Shown here: piece after piece, positions 1 to 12,376 of the stretch
Numbering within the stretch: position 1 is the stretch's first letter
How the letters are laid out: each line of letters starts with the position of its first letter
Source: Macrostomum lignano
Lineage: Eukaryota
Assembly: GCA_002269645.1 (NCBI GenBank)
Contig: NIVC01002661.1
Span: 62,001 to 126,000 of the forward strand
Length of the DNA stretch: 64,000 nt
Direction: 5' to 3'
Position numbers and translations under genes: made by a program
The notes under the pieces: model-generated
What the model was told of the DNA's origin: nothing
Database searches by the model: none
The model's input: only the letters and a program-made list of their open reading frames with translations

Positions 1-1
1 G

Positions 2-3000
2 CCACTAAACCTATTCACTCCCAATAGAAGAGCTGCAGCAGTAGGAGACCAGCGAGTTCGATCAGGCAATGAAGAATATGGCAATTTAGTTTGGTACAAT
101 TATTACAGAGGCTACGGATTCCTGCGAGATAGCAATAATAGAGATATATTCTTTCATGTGACTAATACTAATATAGCAACTGATTACGAAATTATGCATT
201 TTCTGCGCCAGAGGGCGACAGTAAAATTTATTCGCACTAACGATACTACTCATAGTAGGAAACAGAGAGCGGTCAATGTTAAAATTTGCTCAAGCGAGGA
301 ACGCAGATTAGCAGAAATTAACAAACAGAAGTCAGCGAGCTTAGCTAGACAGTCAGAGGCATTGACGAAAGAATTAGAGAAACGAAGCGAAGCTGCGGCA
401 GCTCAGAGAAGCGCATTAAACAGCATAGACTTGCGACTTAGTGAAGTAGAAGGAAAGAAAGCTTCAGCGGACGAATCAAAGGTAGTAAAAGAATTATCAG
501 ATCTAAGAACCGAATTGAAGGACTTGCGCCAATGCTTGGTAGGAAAAGTCCAGGAAGAATCAGCGAAAGAAGAACCTGACAAGAGTGCGACGACAGCAGA
601 ACTTAGAGCTGAACTTAGGGAAATGAAGCAAGAATTAAGGAAGTTAGAGACAGCCATCCAGCGAGATGTGGCAGCTGAGAAGAAAGCGACAGAGAAGCAG
701 GAGAAGACCGTAGAAGCAGACATATCTAGCCAATTAGTGAATTCAGGATTATTCCTCGATAGCCAGATTAACGGATTAAGCGAAAAAATATTAGTTGACA
801 CCGGCGCCTCGAATTGCCTAATTGATAGTAAATTATATCAGCGCCTCTATCCGGCAAATCATAGTTTGAAGCCATGCTCAGTGAATATGCGATCCGCCAA
901 TGGCCAGACTTCAAATTTATTAGGCCAAGTAGCATTGCGCGTCAGATTTGGGGACTGCGAGATTACGCACCCATTCTATGTTGCTGAAGGCTTACTAACA
1001 TCATCAATAATAGGCATCGACTTGTTAACTAGGCATAAAATTAAATTAGATATAGCAGGAAAATCCTTAGAATTTAGTGATCGCAGAATTCCGCTTGTAA
1101 CAACGAGTGATGAAACGCGTTGCGTCCTACTGCAAGTAGTCAAGAAAGTATCTATAGCACCGATGAGCGAAATTTATGTCAAGGCTAAATGTAAAGATAT
1201 TCCAGAGACTGCAGAACTCGGCTTCATTTCAGGCCGCAGTCAAATTAGCGAGAAAGATGAGCCATTAGTAGCTAAAGCTATTACTAGATTGGACGAATTC
1301 GGCGAAACTTACGTTAGATTAATGAACCTGACAGAAGAGGCACAGACAATTCATAAGGATGAGGTAGTTGCGCAGTATCAACCGCTGAAGGAAGATGTAG
1401 AACTTTTCGCAATGTCAGAAACTGATTTAGAAGTAGGTGCGCAGAAGCAATCGAAGGCAGCAATTACGGTGCAAGAAGCTGATAGACTTAGGGATCAATT
1501 CCGCTTAAACGAGACCGATTTAAGTGAGGCTCAGAAGAGAAAAGTAATTGAATTATTACATCGTTATCAAAATATAGTTTCAAAGGATCAGTGGGATATC
1601 GGAAAGACCAAGATGGGCGAATTCAAGATTGAGACTACCGATGAAATTCCAGTCAGAATTCCCCTGCGCAAGCAAAGCCCTGAGCAACGAGAATTTGTTA
1701 GCGGGCATGTGCAGCAGCTATTAGAGCACGATTTGATTGAGCCCTCAGAATCTGAGTGGAGTTGCCCTATTGTTCTCGCCCGGAAGAAGTCCGGAGAATT
1801 CAGATTTTGCTGTGACTTCAGACAGTTAAATAATAAGACTAAGAAGGACAGTTTTCCGTTACCGCTAATTCAAGAATCGCTGGAATCCCTGGCAGGCAAC
1901 ATGTACTTTAGCACCCTAGACATGGTCGGCGCTTATTGGTCAGTGAAGGTCAGAGAGACTGACCGCGAGAAATTAGCGTTTCGAACCCATGATGGCCTGT
2001 TCCAGTGGAAAGTTTTGCCTTTCGGAGTCACGAATGGACCCGCTTGCTTTCAGCGCATAATGCAGAAGATCTTAGGCGATTACGCTTATAAGTTTGCCTT
2101 ACTCTACCTAGATGATGTAATTTGCACAGGCAAGAATTTCGAAGAAATGCTAGGAAATTTAGAATTAATTTTCTCTCGATTAGCAGATGCTGGAATGAAA
2201 ATCAAGCCAGAGAAGACCTTTCTGTTTCGGAAAGAAGTCACCTTCCTAGGGCACACCGTCTGCCAGCACGGTATCTATACCAGCAAAGATAAGATAGAAA
2301 AAGTCCAGACATGGCCCCGGCCAGAGAATATCTCTGAGCTGCGCTGATTCTTAGGCTTAGCCGGCTACTATCGCAGATTTATTAAAGACTTTGCGCGAAT
2401 AAGTGAGCCCTTGAATAATTTAACTAGAAAAGATGTCAAGTATAAGTGGGATGACAGTTGCCAGAAGGCATTCGATCTTTTAAAGCAGAAGTTAGTGAGC
2501 GCACCTGTACTGAGCTACCCCAGGTTCGATAGCGACGCGGGACCGTTCATCCTCGATGTCGACGCCTGTGACGTAGCTATAGGTGGAAATTTATTACAAG
2601 AGCAAGATGGGGAAGAAAAAGTAATAGCCTATGCTTCGCATCCGTTGAATGAGCATCAGTTGAATTACTGCACTACGATGAAGGAAATGTTTGCGCTGAT
2701 ATATTTCTTAGAACATTACCGGCCTTATCTGGTCGGCCGTCGTTTCAAGGTCAGGACAGACCACGCGGCCCTCCAATGGCTACGCAAGTGCCACGGTGCA
2801 AAAGGCATGCTAGGCAGATGGAACATGATCCTTGAGCAGTTTGATCAATTTGAAGTAATTTCGAGAATGGAAGAATATGACTTCGCAATTCAGTACCGCC
2901 AAGGGATTGCCCATGGTAACGCAGACGCCCTGAGTCGCAGACCTCAGCGGGATGGTCCCCCGAAACGCTACCATGAGGAATGCCCCACTTGCAGTGCGAC

Positions 3001-4734
3001 GAAGACAGCAACAGTCCACTGCGGTGCAATTAATATCGATACGCCAGCGGGAATTGTAGAACTGCAGGAGAGCCAGCCAGAGTTGCTGCTGCTCAAGCAA
3101 AAGCTCAGACAGGGAGAGCCCTGTCCGCCCAAAATGAATGGGTTGGAATGAGCCGCAGTTATAAGTCATTATTTAGCGATTATGAGCAGCTATTAGTGAA
3201 AAATGACATAATTTACAGGAATTGGATAGATTCCGAAGGCCGAAAATTTGAGCAGACTGTACTGCCGGAAAACCAAGCCCTGGAGCAGCAGTTGTTTAGA
3301 GCTTATCATGACCAGATGGCCCACGGCGGTATTTCGAAGACAAAAGATTTGATTCGACAGAGATTTTGGTGGCCAAACTATTCAACGAACTTAGACAGAT
3401 ATATTAAGACTTGTACTGAGTGCCAGACAAGAAAGAAATACGGGCCAAAGCCACGAGCGCCCTTAGAACCAGAAGTCAGCAGTTACATGGGCGAGAAAGT
3501 ACATATAGATTTCGCCGGTCCGTTTAACGCCACAGCACGGGGGAACAAGTACCTCCTGCTGATGGTTGATCACTTTACGGGCTGGCTAGAGGTAAAAGCG
3601 CTGAGAGATTGTACAGCTGAAAGTACAGCTTGGGCCCTGTACACAGAGTGGATCACTCGGCATGGTGCCCCTGAAGCATTCATATCAGACAGAGGTACAT
3701 CATTTACTGCAGAATTAGTGAAATCGTTAACCGAAAATTTCCGAATAGATTTGCGCCATACTACTAGCTACCATCCGCAGGCAAACGGTCGCTGCGAGCG
3801 CATGGTCAGAGTAGTGAAAGATGGAATCAGATTAGCTCAGGGTGAACTCAGTTTGGCATGGGATGAGGTGCTTCCGCACGCTTTGATGGTTCAGCGAAGC
3901 ACGGTCAGTGAAAGCAATAAATTTAGTCCGTTCGAATTAGTCTATGGTCGAAAGATGCGGCTACCGGTTGATGCTGAGCTTGGATTGCCTTCGCCGGAGC
4001 GCAAGACCCGTGATAAGCATTTACATGATCTGTATAAGAAGTGCATGGAATCGTATAGAATCGCCAGAGAAAAGCAACAAATATCAGTCAGGCGGCAGAA
4101 ATCTAATTATGACACGAAAGTATGCCAGCAGTATTATCAGCCAGGTGACCTGGTCTGGATAGCAAATACGCAGAACTGTTATGATACGAATAGGAAATGG
4201 GTAGGTCCGTACCGAGTGCTAGAAGTAAGAAATAATGGCAAAAATTTAAAAATTGAACCCGGTCCAAAGGTTGACCGAATAGAGCAACCCGTCAGAATTC
4301 ATGACGTAGTGACAGTAGACAGAACAAAGCCATGCTACTTGTCAGAAGAAAAGTTGCGTCAATATCGAGAAGAGGAAGCTGGAAGTGCTAGTGATGACGG
4401 CTCGGAGGAGTCAGAAAGAGTCCAAGTGGAGATTCAGAGACCAGAGAGAATTAGATTTTTGCAACGTGAGAGAGCTCACGAAGCTACTGGAAGTAATATA
4501 GATAGAACAGTGGAAAATACTCAGACAGCGGCCAATGCAAACCAACAGGCGCAGGCGAGTCCTGCGGGGTCTCAGGCCAGGCAGATTCCTGTGCGCACTC
4601 CACCGAATTTAATGCATCTGAGCCCAGTGCACAGTACGCCCCCGCAGCGGGCAGGCACGAATAACGTTAGTTGGATACCGCGGCTGCGGAACCGCGCGGC
4701 GATTAGACCCCCAGAGCGATATGGTTATCATTGA
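2..4734 (+). pseudogene. Gypsy polyprotein (cold-shock domain, coiled coil, PR, RT, RNase H, integrase) interrupted by one in-frame TGA and one frame change
   Basis: Frame 2 is open from base 2 to TGA 2345-2347 (ELR*FLGLAGYYRRF) and continues in the same frame to 3151. The integrase is in another frame, 3148-4734. Confidence 0.9.
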
Positions 4735-5336
4735 ATGGAGTCTATAGAAACGAAAGGCACTGTCGAGACGAAAAATTTCAATTGTATTACTAATAGTAAC
4801 TTGTCGAGACATACGCGAGAAATTTGTTGAACGAAAATGGAGCCGGAGGAAAATAGTTAATAGAAATTACAATAAAGACTTGGAAGTGCTGATGTTGACA
4901 CTGCAGTTGCAGGAGTGGAAGACTAACTGCTCGAGCTGCCACACCTGGTAGATTCCAGGATGCTAATGAAAGAGAAATACCATAGACGACCATGGAAGAT
5001 ATGAAACGATTGGAAGTTGCAAATAGAAATTGAAATTGAATTGAGCCCAGATTGAAGTCGTCTGCGGTTCCATCGGCCAGCATATTACTATGAGTAGGAC
5101 ATATTATTATCAGAAAATTAGTAAGGAATAAATATTACACGAAAAATTATTAAAAAACAGTCTTGCAGTAGAACTGACATGCGTGAATATTCGATAAAAA
5201 CATAAAAATTGTAAAAGCATCATAAAAACAACACAAAAATATTATTCAGATTGCTTGAGTCAGAACACTGCTTGACGCAAAAATAATTCTAACTTACAGC
5301 TAACCGACATGTCACATGTTGCAGCTAGAAATGTCT

Positions 5337-5680
5337 GAAGCGTCCTGGGCACGACGTTAAACTGCAACCGCTAGGAGAGAAGCAAACTAATGATGCGTCC
5401 TGGGCACGACGTTAAACTGCAGCCGCTGGAAAGGAAGTTCACTAGAGCCGACGTCCTGGACACGACGTTAAACTGCGACCGCTAGGGAAGAAATCAACTA
5501 AAGACGTTAAACTGCAGCCGTAGGAAGAGAAATCACCAAAAGAAGACTGAAGTGCGAGAAAGGAGCCCGGTCGGGTGAATTTATAGTTTTGTCCTGGGCA
5601 CGACAGAAAACTGCAGCCATTGGGCGGTGAATTTCGCCACGGGGATTGGTCCTGGGCAAGACCATAAACTGCAGCCAATG
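5337..5680 (+). repeat. Degenerate ~55-60 bp tandem repeat (~6 units) in the retrotransposon 3' non-coding region
   Basis: Recurrent GTCCTGGGCACGACGTTAAACTGCAGCCG core. Confidence 0.85.
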
Positions 5681-6428
5681 GGCGATAGTTTTCGCGCGCT
5701 GAGTGTTAGTCCGCCACGGGAGCGTGGGTGGAACTTAATTATCGTCGAGGCATCCAATTAGAGATAAGCGTCGTGAAAAATTGCGATAAGAATTCCGCTG
5801 TGGAGACAGCGAGGGTCGTAGCGCCCACCCTACCTTTTTAGGAGGGGGGAGGTGCGGATAGTTAAATCAGCGAGTAATAAAATGTTGCCAGTCGATAAGG
5901 TTCATCGTAGCACGTCGAGAAGGAGTAATTTAATTAATTTGTGTAAAATGCGTCAACGCGTTATTTGTTCTTGGTGATGGGTAGCATGCGTTTTGCTTTA
6001 AGTTTTCGATTGTAGAAAGTCGTGCCATAGTTTGCGTAAACGTTGTGTTCCGTCGCGATTTGTTTCGATTTATTTATTGATTTGCTTGTGTTTTGTCTTG
6101 TCGCGTATTGAATAGTAACTTTGCTTATGTATTTGATTGCGTTTTGCCGTGTCATAGAATTGTATTTGTGTTCTTGTTTGCGTTTCATTGTCGTGTCATG
6201 TTTCGCATAGTGAATTACGTTGTGTTCCCATTTGCGTTTTTTTCCCAGTTGCTATAGTTATACCCTTGTTATAGTGCTCTTGTTCTGGAATTTTGAAATT
6301 TGCTTTCCGCGAATGCGTTCCGTGCTGTACTGTACCAACTTGCTTACTAGGAGTAGTATGTCGTGAATATGACGCAAATTTTCATTTGTTGTAAAAGTTT
6401 TTCTTCTTTTGTACTCTATACTTCTTTT

Positions 6429-6440
6429 AGGAGGGGGGAG
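6429..6440 (+). other. Polypurine tract
   Basis: AGGAGGGGGGAG immediately followed by TGTAGTGTGA. Confidence 0.85.
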
Positions 6441-7625
6441 TGTAGTGTGAGCATCTTTGCGTGTATTTTGTTGTAAATTGACTGCATTAGTTTCTATATT
6501 GTTATTGAATTGTTATTTTGCTTTAGTTAGTCATACGTTTTTTTGTGTACTTTTTCCTTGTTAGTTAGAATCTAAAATTGTAAACAGGTTAGAGTTAGAC
6601 GCCGTTTGTGACTCAGCGGAGGGTTGAGTTTGTCTGCGAACCCCAGCTTTGCGCGGTCAGCCAATCAGAACCGGCCTGGACCCTGGCACGCGGCAAGTTT
6701 CAGTTCTACCCGGCGCCGCGGGCACAGTTCAATTCGGCTTAAGCAAGCGGCCGGCCAGACGACCACCACCCGGCTTGAGGGGGGTTTTGAGGGGTTGTGA
6801 CTCTGGCTATATATGAAAGTGTGTTTTGGCAATCGGATCTCGCTTCTCTCTCCTTTTCCCGGTTTGTCTTGTCCAGTTCCCGGCCGGTGGCCCGATTTTT
6901 CCCTCCTCTTGTTGGTTCGCGCTTTGAGGCGTTTTGATTCTATCACCCCCGGTCCATTTCTTTGTCCCCGCCCAACCGCAGTAGTCTTGTGGCGTAACGT
7001 CTACGGCATTCCTGTCTGAAGTCGTCGCTATCAAGCGCGGTTAGATAGAGACTGTCGGATCTGATCAAGTACGCGGCCTCGACCCGAGGGCCTCAGTGTT
7101 ACACTGAAGGGCAGTGCCGATAGAATTTAGTCGGTACTCCGTTGAACGGTCGATTCGGCAGGGCTCTCGTTTGAGAGTAGGTTCTGGTTTAGGCCAGGGG
7201 TTAGGAGTCTTCTCCGTGGTCCTGTGTTCGGTGCCTTCTTCTTCTTCAGCTGAGATCCGCTTGTCAGTGCGTATATAATCATTATTTATTAACCGTTATT
7301 GTCGTTTTGTCAACTCTAGTTATCTGCGTCGTTTGTCTAAATCTTGTAACTCAGCTAATCAAATTAAACCGTCAATCAAGTTAGTTGTTCTTGAAATAGG
7401 ATTATCACTCTCTAAATCTTTCGGTTTGTGTTCCCTCGTGTTCTTTATTTTCTTGTACTGTACCTGCGGCTATTGGAGAAAGACTGGTAGGACTCGCCGA
7501 CCGGCGATAGGCGATTAGGATTAATAGCTTTAAAATCTTCGAACGCTCCAAGTAGGTTTGTCTAGGGCCTAAATAATTTCTCACCGTGCATGCTATTTAT
7601 CTAATTGCCTATTTATCACACTCCA
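6441..7625 (+). repeat. 3' LTR (~1.18 kb)
   Basis: Starts TGTAGTGTGA after the PPT. TCACACTCCA at 7616-7625 matches its reverse complement at 9/10 positions. CCAAT at ~6661 and TATATA at ~6808. The 5' LTR is outside the window, so the right end may be 7620 instead. Confidence 0.7.
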
Positions 7626-9335
7626 ATCTCCACAAGCTCCAAACTCCACAAGCTCCAAACTCCACAAGCTCCAAACTCCACAAGCTCCAAACTTCAGAAG
7701 CTCCAAACTCCACAAGCTCCAAACTCCACAAGCTCCAATCTCCACAAGCTCCAAACTCCACAAGCTCCAATCTCCACAAGCTCCAAACTCCACAAGCTCC
7801 AATCTTCACAAGCTCCAAACTCCACAAGCTCCAAACTCCACAAGCTCCAATCTCCACAAGCTCCAAACTCCACAAGCTCCAATCTTCACAAGCTCCAATC
7901 TCCACAAGCTCCAAACTCCACAAGCTCCAAACTCCACAAGCTCCAAACTCCACAAGCTCCAAACTCCACAAGCTCCAATCTCCACAAGCTCCAAACTCCA
8001 CAAGCTCCAATCTCCACAAGCTCCAAACTCCACAAGCTCCAATCTTCACAAGCTCCAAACTCCACAAGCTCCAAACTCCACAAGCTCCAAACTCCACAAG
8101 CTCCAAACTCCACAAGCTCCAATCTCCACAAGCTCCAAACTCCACAAGCTCCAAACTCCACAAGCTCCAATCTCCACAAACCCCAAACTCCACAAGCTCC
8201 AATCTCCACAAGCTCCAATCTCCACAAGCTCCAAGCTCCAAACTCCACAAGCTCCAATCTTCACAAGCTCCAATCTCCACAAGCTCCAAACTCCACAAGC
8301 TCCAAACTCCACAAGCTCCAAACTCCACAAGCTCCAATCTTCACAAGCTCCAATCTCCACAAGCTCCAATCTTCACAAGCTCCAATCTCCACAAGCTCCA
8401 AACTCCACAAGCTCCAAACTCCACAAGCTCCAAACTCCACAAGCTCCAATCTCCACAAGCTCCAAACTCCACAAGCTCCAAACTCCACAAGCTCCAAACT
8501 TCAGAAGCTCCAATCTCCACAGCTCCAAACTTCAGAAGCTCCAATCTCCACAAGCTCCAAACTCCACAAGCTCCAATCTCCACAAGCTCCAAACTCCACA
8601 AGCTCCAATCTCCACAAGCTCCAAACTTCACAAGCTCCAATCTCCACAAACCCCAAACTCCACAAGCTCCAATCTCCACAAGCTCCAATCTCCACAAGCT
8701 CCAAGCTCCAAACTCCACAAGCTCCAAACTCCACAAGCTCCAAACTCCACAAGCTCCAAACTCCACAAGCTCCAATCTCCACAAGCTCCAAACTTCACAA
8801 GCTCCAATCTCCACAAGCTCCAAACTCCACAAGCTCCAATCTCCACAAGCTCCAAACTTCACAAGCTCCAATCTCCACAAACCCCAAACTCCACAAGCTC
8901 CAATCTCCACAAGCTCCAATCTCCACAAGCTCCAAGCTCCAAACTCCACAAGCTCCAATCTTCACAAGCTCCAATCTCCACAAGCTCCAAACTCCACAAG
9001 CTCCAAACTCCACAAGCTCCAAACTCCACAAGCTCCAATCTTCACAAGCTCCAATCTCCACAAGCTCCAATCTTCACAAGCTCCAATCTCCACAAGCTCC
9101 AAACTCCACAAGCTCCAAACTCCACAAGCTCCAAACTCCACAAGCTCCAATCTTCACAATCTCCAAACTCCACAAGCTCCAAACTCCACAAGCTCCAATC
9201 TTCACAAGCTCCAATCTCCACAAGCTCCAAACTCTACAAGCTCCAATCTCCACAAGCTCCAAACTCCACAAGCTCCAAACTCTACAAGCTCCAATCTTCA
9301 CAATCTCCAAACTTCATAAAGCTCCAAACTTCGAA
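7621..9335. repeat. 16-bp satellite CTCCAA(A/T)CT(C/T)CACAAG, ~105 units
   Basis: Direct reading; explains the stop-free ORFs in many frames. Confidence 0.97.
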
Positions 9336-10418
9336 AAGTCAAAGTCGAAAAGTCAAGCTACAAATATTCACTTCTTCTGCTAGCTCTTGAACTAATTCAA
9401 ACTTGTGAAATTTCGAGCTTTACGAGCTATGACGTTTCAAGCTTATGAAACTCAGACTTGGCATGTAGCTCAGGCCTACTTATAGCGCCTTTATAATATC
9501 ATCAGCTTTGGCCTTGCACCGAACATTGCTAGGCTATAGCAATCCATTACTTCCTTCATCCTGATGGAGCTGGAGCCGGGTCGGAGGCTTTACTTAGAAA
9601 CAGACAGTGCTGTCGGCTTTTGGTAAAAGAAGCTTTTGACCACAAAAATCTCTAACCGAGTTTATTTTTTCTTCATTTTTGAGAGATTTTTACACTAGGA
9701 GAAACTGCCTGCGGTTTTTAAACTCCCATTTCACCAGCGCCCTGCTGTACTTTTATTTAATTTTCAATTTGCACTCCCTATTCATCAACCAACTGACCTG
9801 TTGCTAACCCATGCACTGTTTCACTCTTGCCATTGCGAATCGTGTGTTTTTGTTGTCCTTAAACTCGTACACTAATCAATGCAGTTCGTTGTGATTGCGG
9901 TGCCTTATTTGAATGCTATATATTTTGTTTGTTTGCTGCATATATCTTTTATCATTATAATTTTATAACTAAACAGTATTTTTATTTACTATACTTACAT
10001 GTAAAAACAGTGCGGTAATGTGCAAGCATTTCACCACCGGAACTCTTAAAAATAGTAAGATCCGCATGCCCCTGTGTCACAGTTTATTCTCCAAAGCTTG
10101 TCTCTCTCCAAAAACTTCCTCTGAATGAGAGACATGTGCAGGAGATCTGGGGTCTTACCCATGTTTATAGATGAGTGGTGAGTGCTACTCGACGTACCTA
10201 GTAGTATAAAGCGGTTATTAAGATTGAAAGGCACAAGGAACTGTCTGAATGAATTTATTATGGCTAACCAATTAGATTAGGGCTCCTTCAAGGGATCAAA
10301 TTAAGGGGCGCTAACCACGATCGAAGAGACAGCAAAATTTGGGACGGGTGCCCCTTAGGGTTGCCCCACAATTACATGTACATGTTACATATGTACGCTG
10401 TATAGATATTACGGTATA

Positions 10419-10683
10419 TTGTAGTCGGTTTTAGAGCGTCGGACTCACACGACTAGAAGGTTGGGGATTCGATTCTTGACCCCACTCGGAACAATTGTCT
10501 CCTTAAGCAAGACACTTAATGTCTTCAGTTCACCCAGCTGTAAAATGGGTTTGTGTGTGTGGCGACCCCCCAGTCCTTTTGACTGAACAGCCACGCACAT
10601 ACGCAGCCTTCAGATGCGCCTGAGCTGTCGGTACGCGGTTATCTGCCCGTTAATGCAAGGTGTAATCAATCGTATTATTATAA
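10419..10683 (+). mobile_element. tRNA-derived SINE with CORE-like central domain (copy 1, degenerate head)
   Basis: B-box-like GATTCGATTC, CCTTAAGCAAGACACTTAA...CAGCTGTAAAATGGG, 3' ATT-rich tail; homologous to 25074-25343. Confidence 0.8.
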
Positions 10684-11858
10684 TAGGTTAGATTGCAGAT
10701 TACATTTTACGTGTAAAACGCGTTAATTGCAATATACAGCTATATATAATTGCATGCCTGTCTGATCGTGACATACTACTAACTAAACAGTTGGTTGTTT
10801 TTTGACCCCAAAGTCTTGCAAGATTTTTACATTCATTTTTTTCCAAGCTGCTTTATATTTGTTGCCGTGGCATTTTCCGTGTTTTGTGTAATATTTTGAT
10901 CAGTGATTAACCTTTCTATTAACAAAGTGTAATCCATGCATATTATAATACCTGCAGTAGTGTTAAAACTTAATTTATAAAATAAATGGTTTTTTTAACA
11001 ATCCCAGAAGTTTCTTTCAATTTTGATTTTTAAAACCCAAACACCAATCCCAGTTGACGTGGATCTCAAACCCTGGCAGTTGTGGTGGTTTTGTTGACTT
11101 TCTTATTGAATTGAAGCAGTTATGTAGGTCTTTTACTAATTAAATTGAAGGCAAACCAGCTGATAGGAAGAAATTAATTAGACTTTCTGCAAACACAACG
11201 GCATATGCATAAATGAAGTATATTTCAAATTGCAGGACTTAGCCCATGCCCAACAGCAGTTATAAATTAAAAACAAAAAATAATATCTAGCTAGCTCTAG
11301 AGCAGAGACCTGCCTGGAACCAAGCCAATTCTATTACTGTTTTCTGCTACGAGTACAGATCACTGACTTGAGCTTATTTAGGATTAATAATTTATGACCT
11401 TTCGCATTCTTTTCGAAGGCAAAACAAAATCGAACAAGTTTTGTTGCGTTGCTACTATTAGTAGCAGTAAAAAACTCGGAATTAACTTTTGAATAAAAAT
11501 ATATAATTTGTCACAGTGGGGGTTTATATCAGCTGATACGAATATTGAACAGTGAAAAATTCAATTGAACCGCCCAGTTGCAGGAAACAGGAAAATTATT
11601 AATAATTGATAACTGCGACACTTGAAGTAATTAATCAATGACGGAGTCGTTACAGTCGTATACTATAACATCGTACATCGTGTCGAATCACATGAACCGC
11701 AAATCGTACATAGTCATACATTATATAACTAGGTATAAAACGTTGCGTGGTCCAAGTTTATTACATGGTTCTAAATTTGCACGAGTATTAAGTTAGACTG
11801 GTAGAGTGGCAGACTAGCTTGTCCTGTCCATCTATCAATAGTTACTAATCTCGACAGA

Positions 11859-12170
<312 letters not shown>

Positions 12171-12198
12171 TTAACCAGGCACAAGTCAAGTTGTGTGT

Positions 12199-12376
12199 TT
12201 TGCCTAGCAAATCCACAGTATGATATACATGCTGTGGGCCGTGGGGACGGGGAGGACTATCTTGCTTCATAGCTTCACTCGCTATCTCATTGGCTGATTG
12301 CAGGAGTTTACGCGCAAGAGTTTAGCTTCAACTCTTCAGCTATTGGCTGACGGGTCCTAGGAGTTTTAGCTTCACT
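12199..12376 (-). promoter_or_regulatory. Probable LC8 promoter elements: two CCAAT boxes and an RFX X-box-like site
   Basis: ATTGGCTGA twice on + (CCAAT on -); TTTGCCTAGCAAA at 12199-12211 resembles the X-box GTTGCCTAGCAAC. Confidence 0.45.

Larger units (their letters stand above)
1..7625 (+). mobile_element. Ty3/Gypsy LTR retrotransposon, 5'-truncated by the window edge; PR-RT-RH-IN order, 3' LTR present
   Basis: Protease LVDTGAS, RT YLDD, RNase H (ILDVDAC...TDHAAL), integrase HHCC, D-D-E (HIDFAGP, ISDRG, CERMV) and GPY (WVGPY) motifs; polypurine tract followed by TGT at 6441. Confidence 0.95.

Noticed and set aside
403-801. Antisense 132-aa ORF
   Set aside because: Shadow of the coiled-coil coding strand.
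2345-2347. Selenocysteine or programmed readthrough
   Set aside because: The position is not a Cys site and no SECIS was recognised; a point mutation is more parsimonious.
7586-9383. 577-aa and 592-aa ORFs and many antisense ORFs
   Set aside because: Products of a stop-free 16-bp satellite; no unique coding sequence or credible start context.
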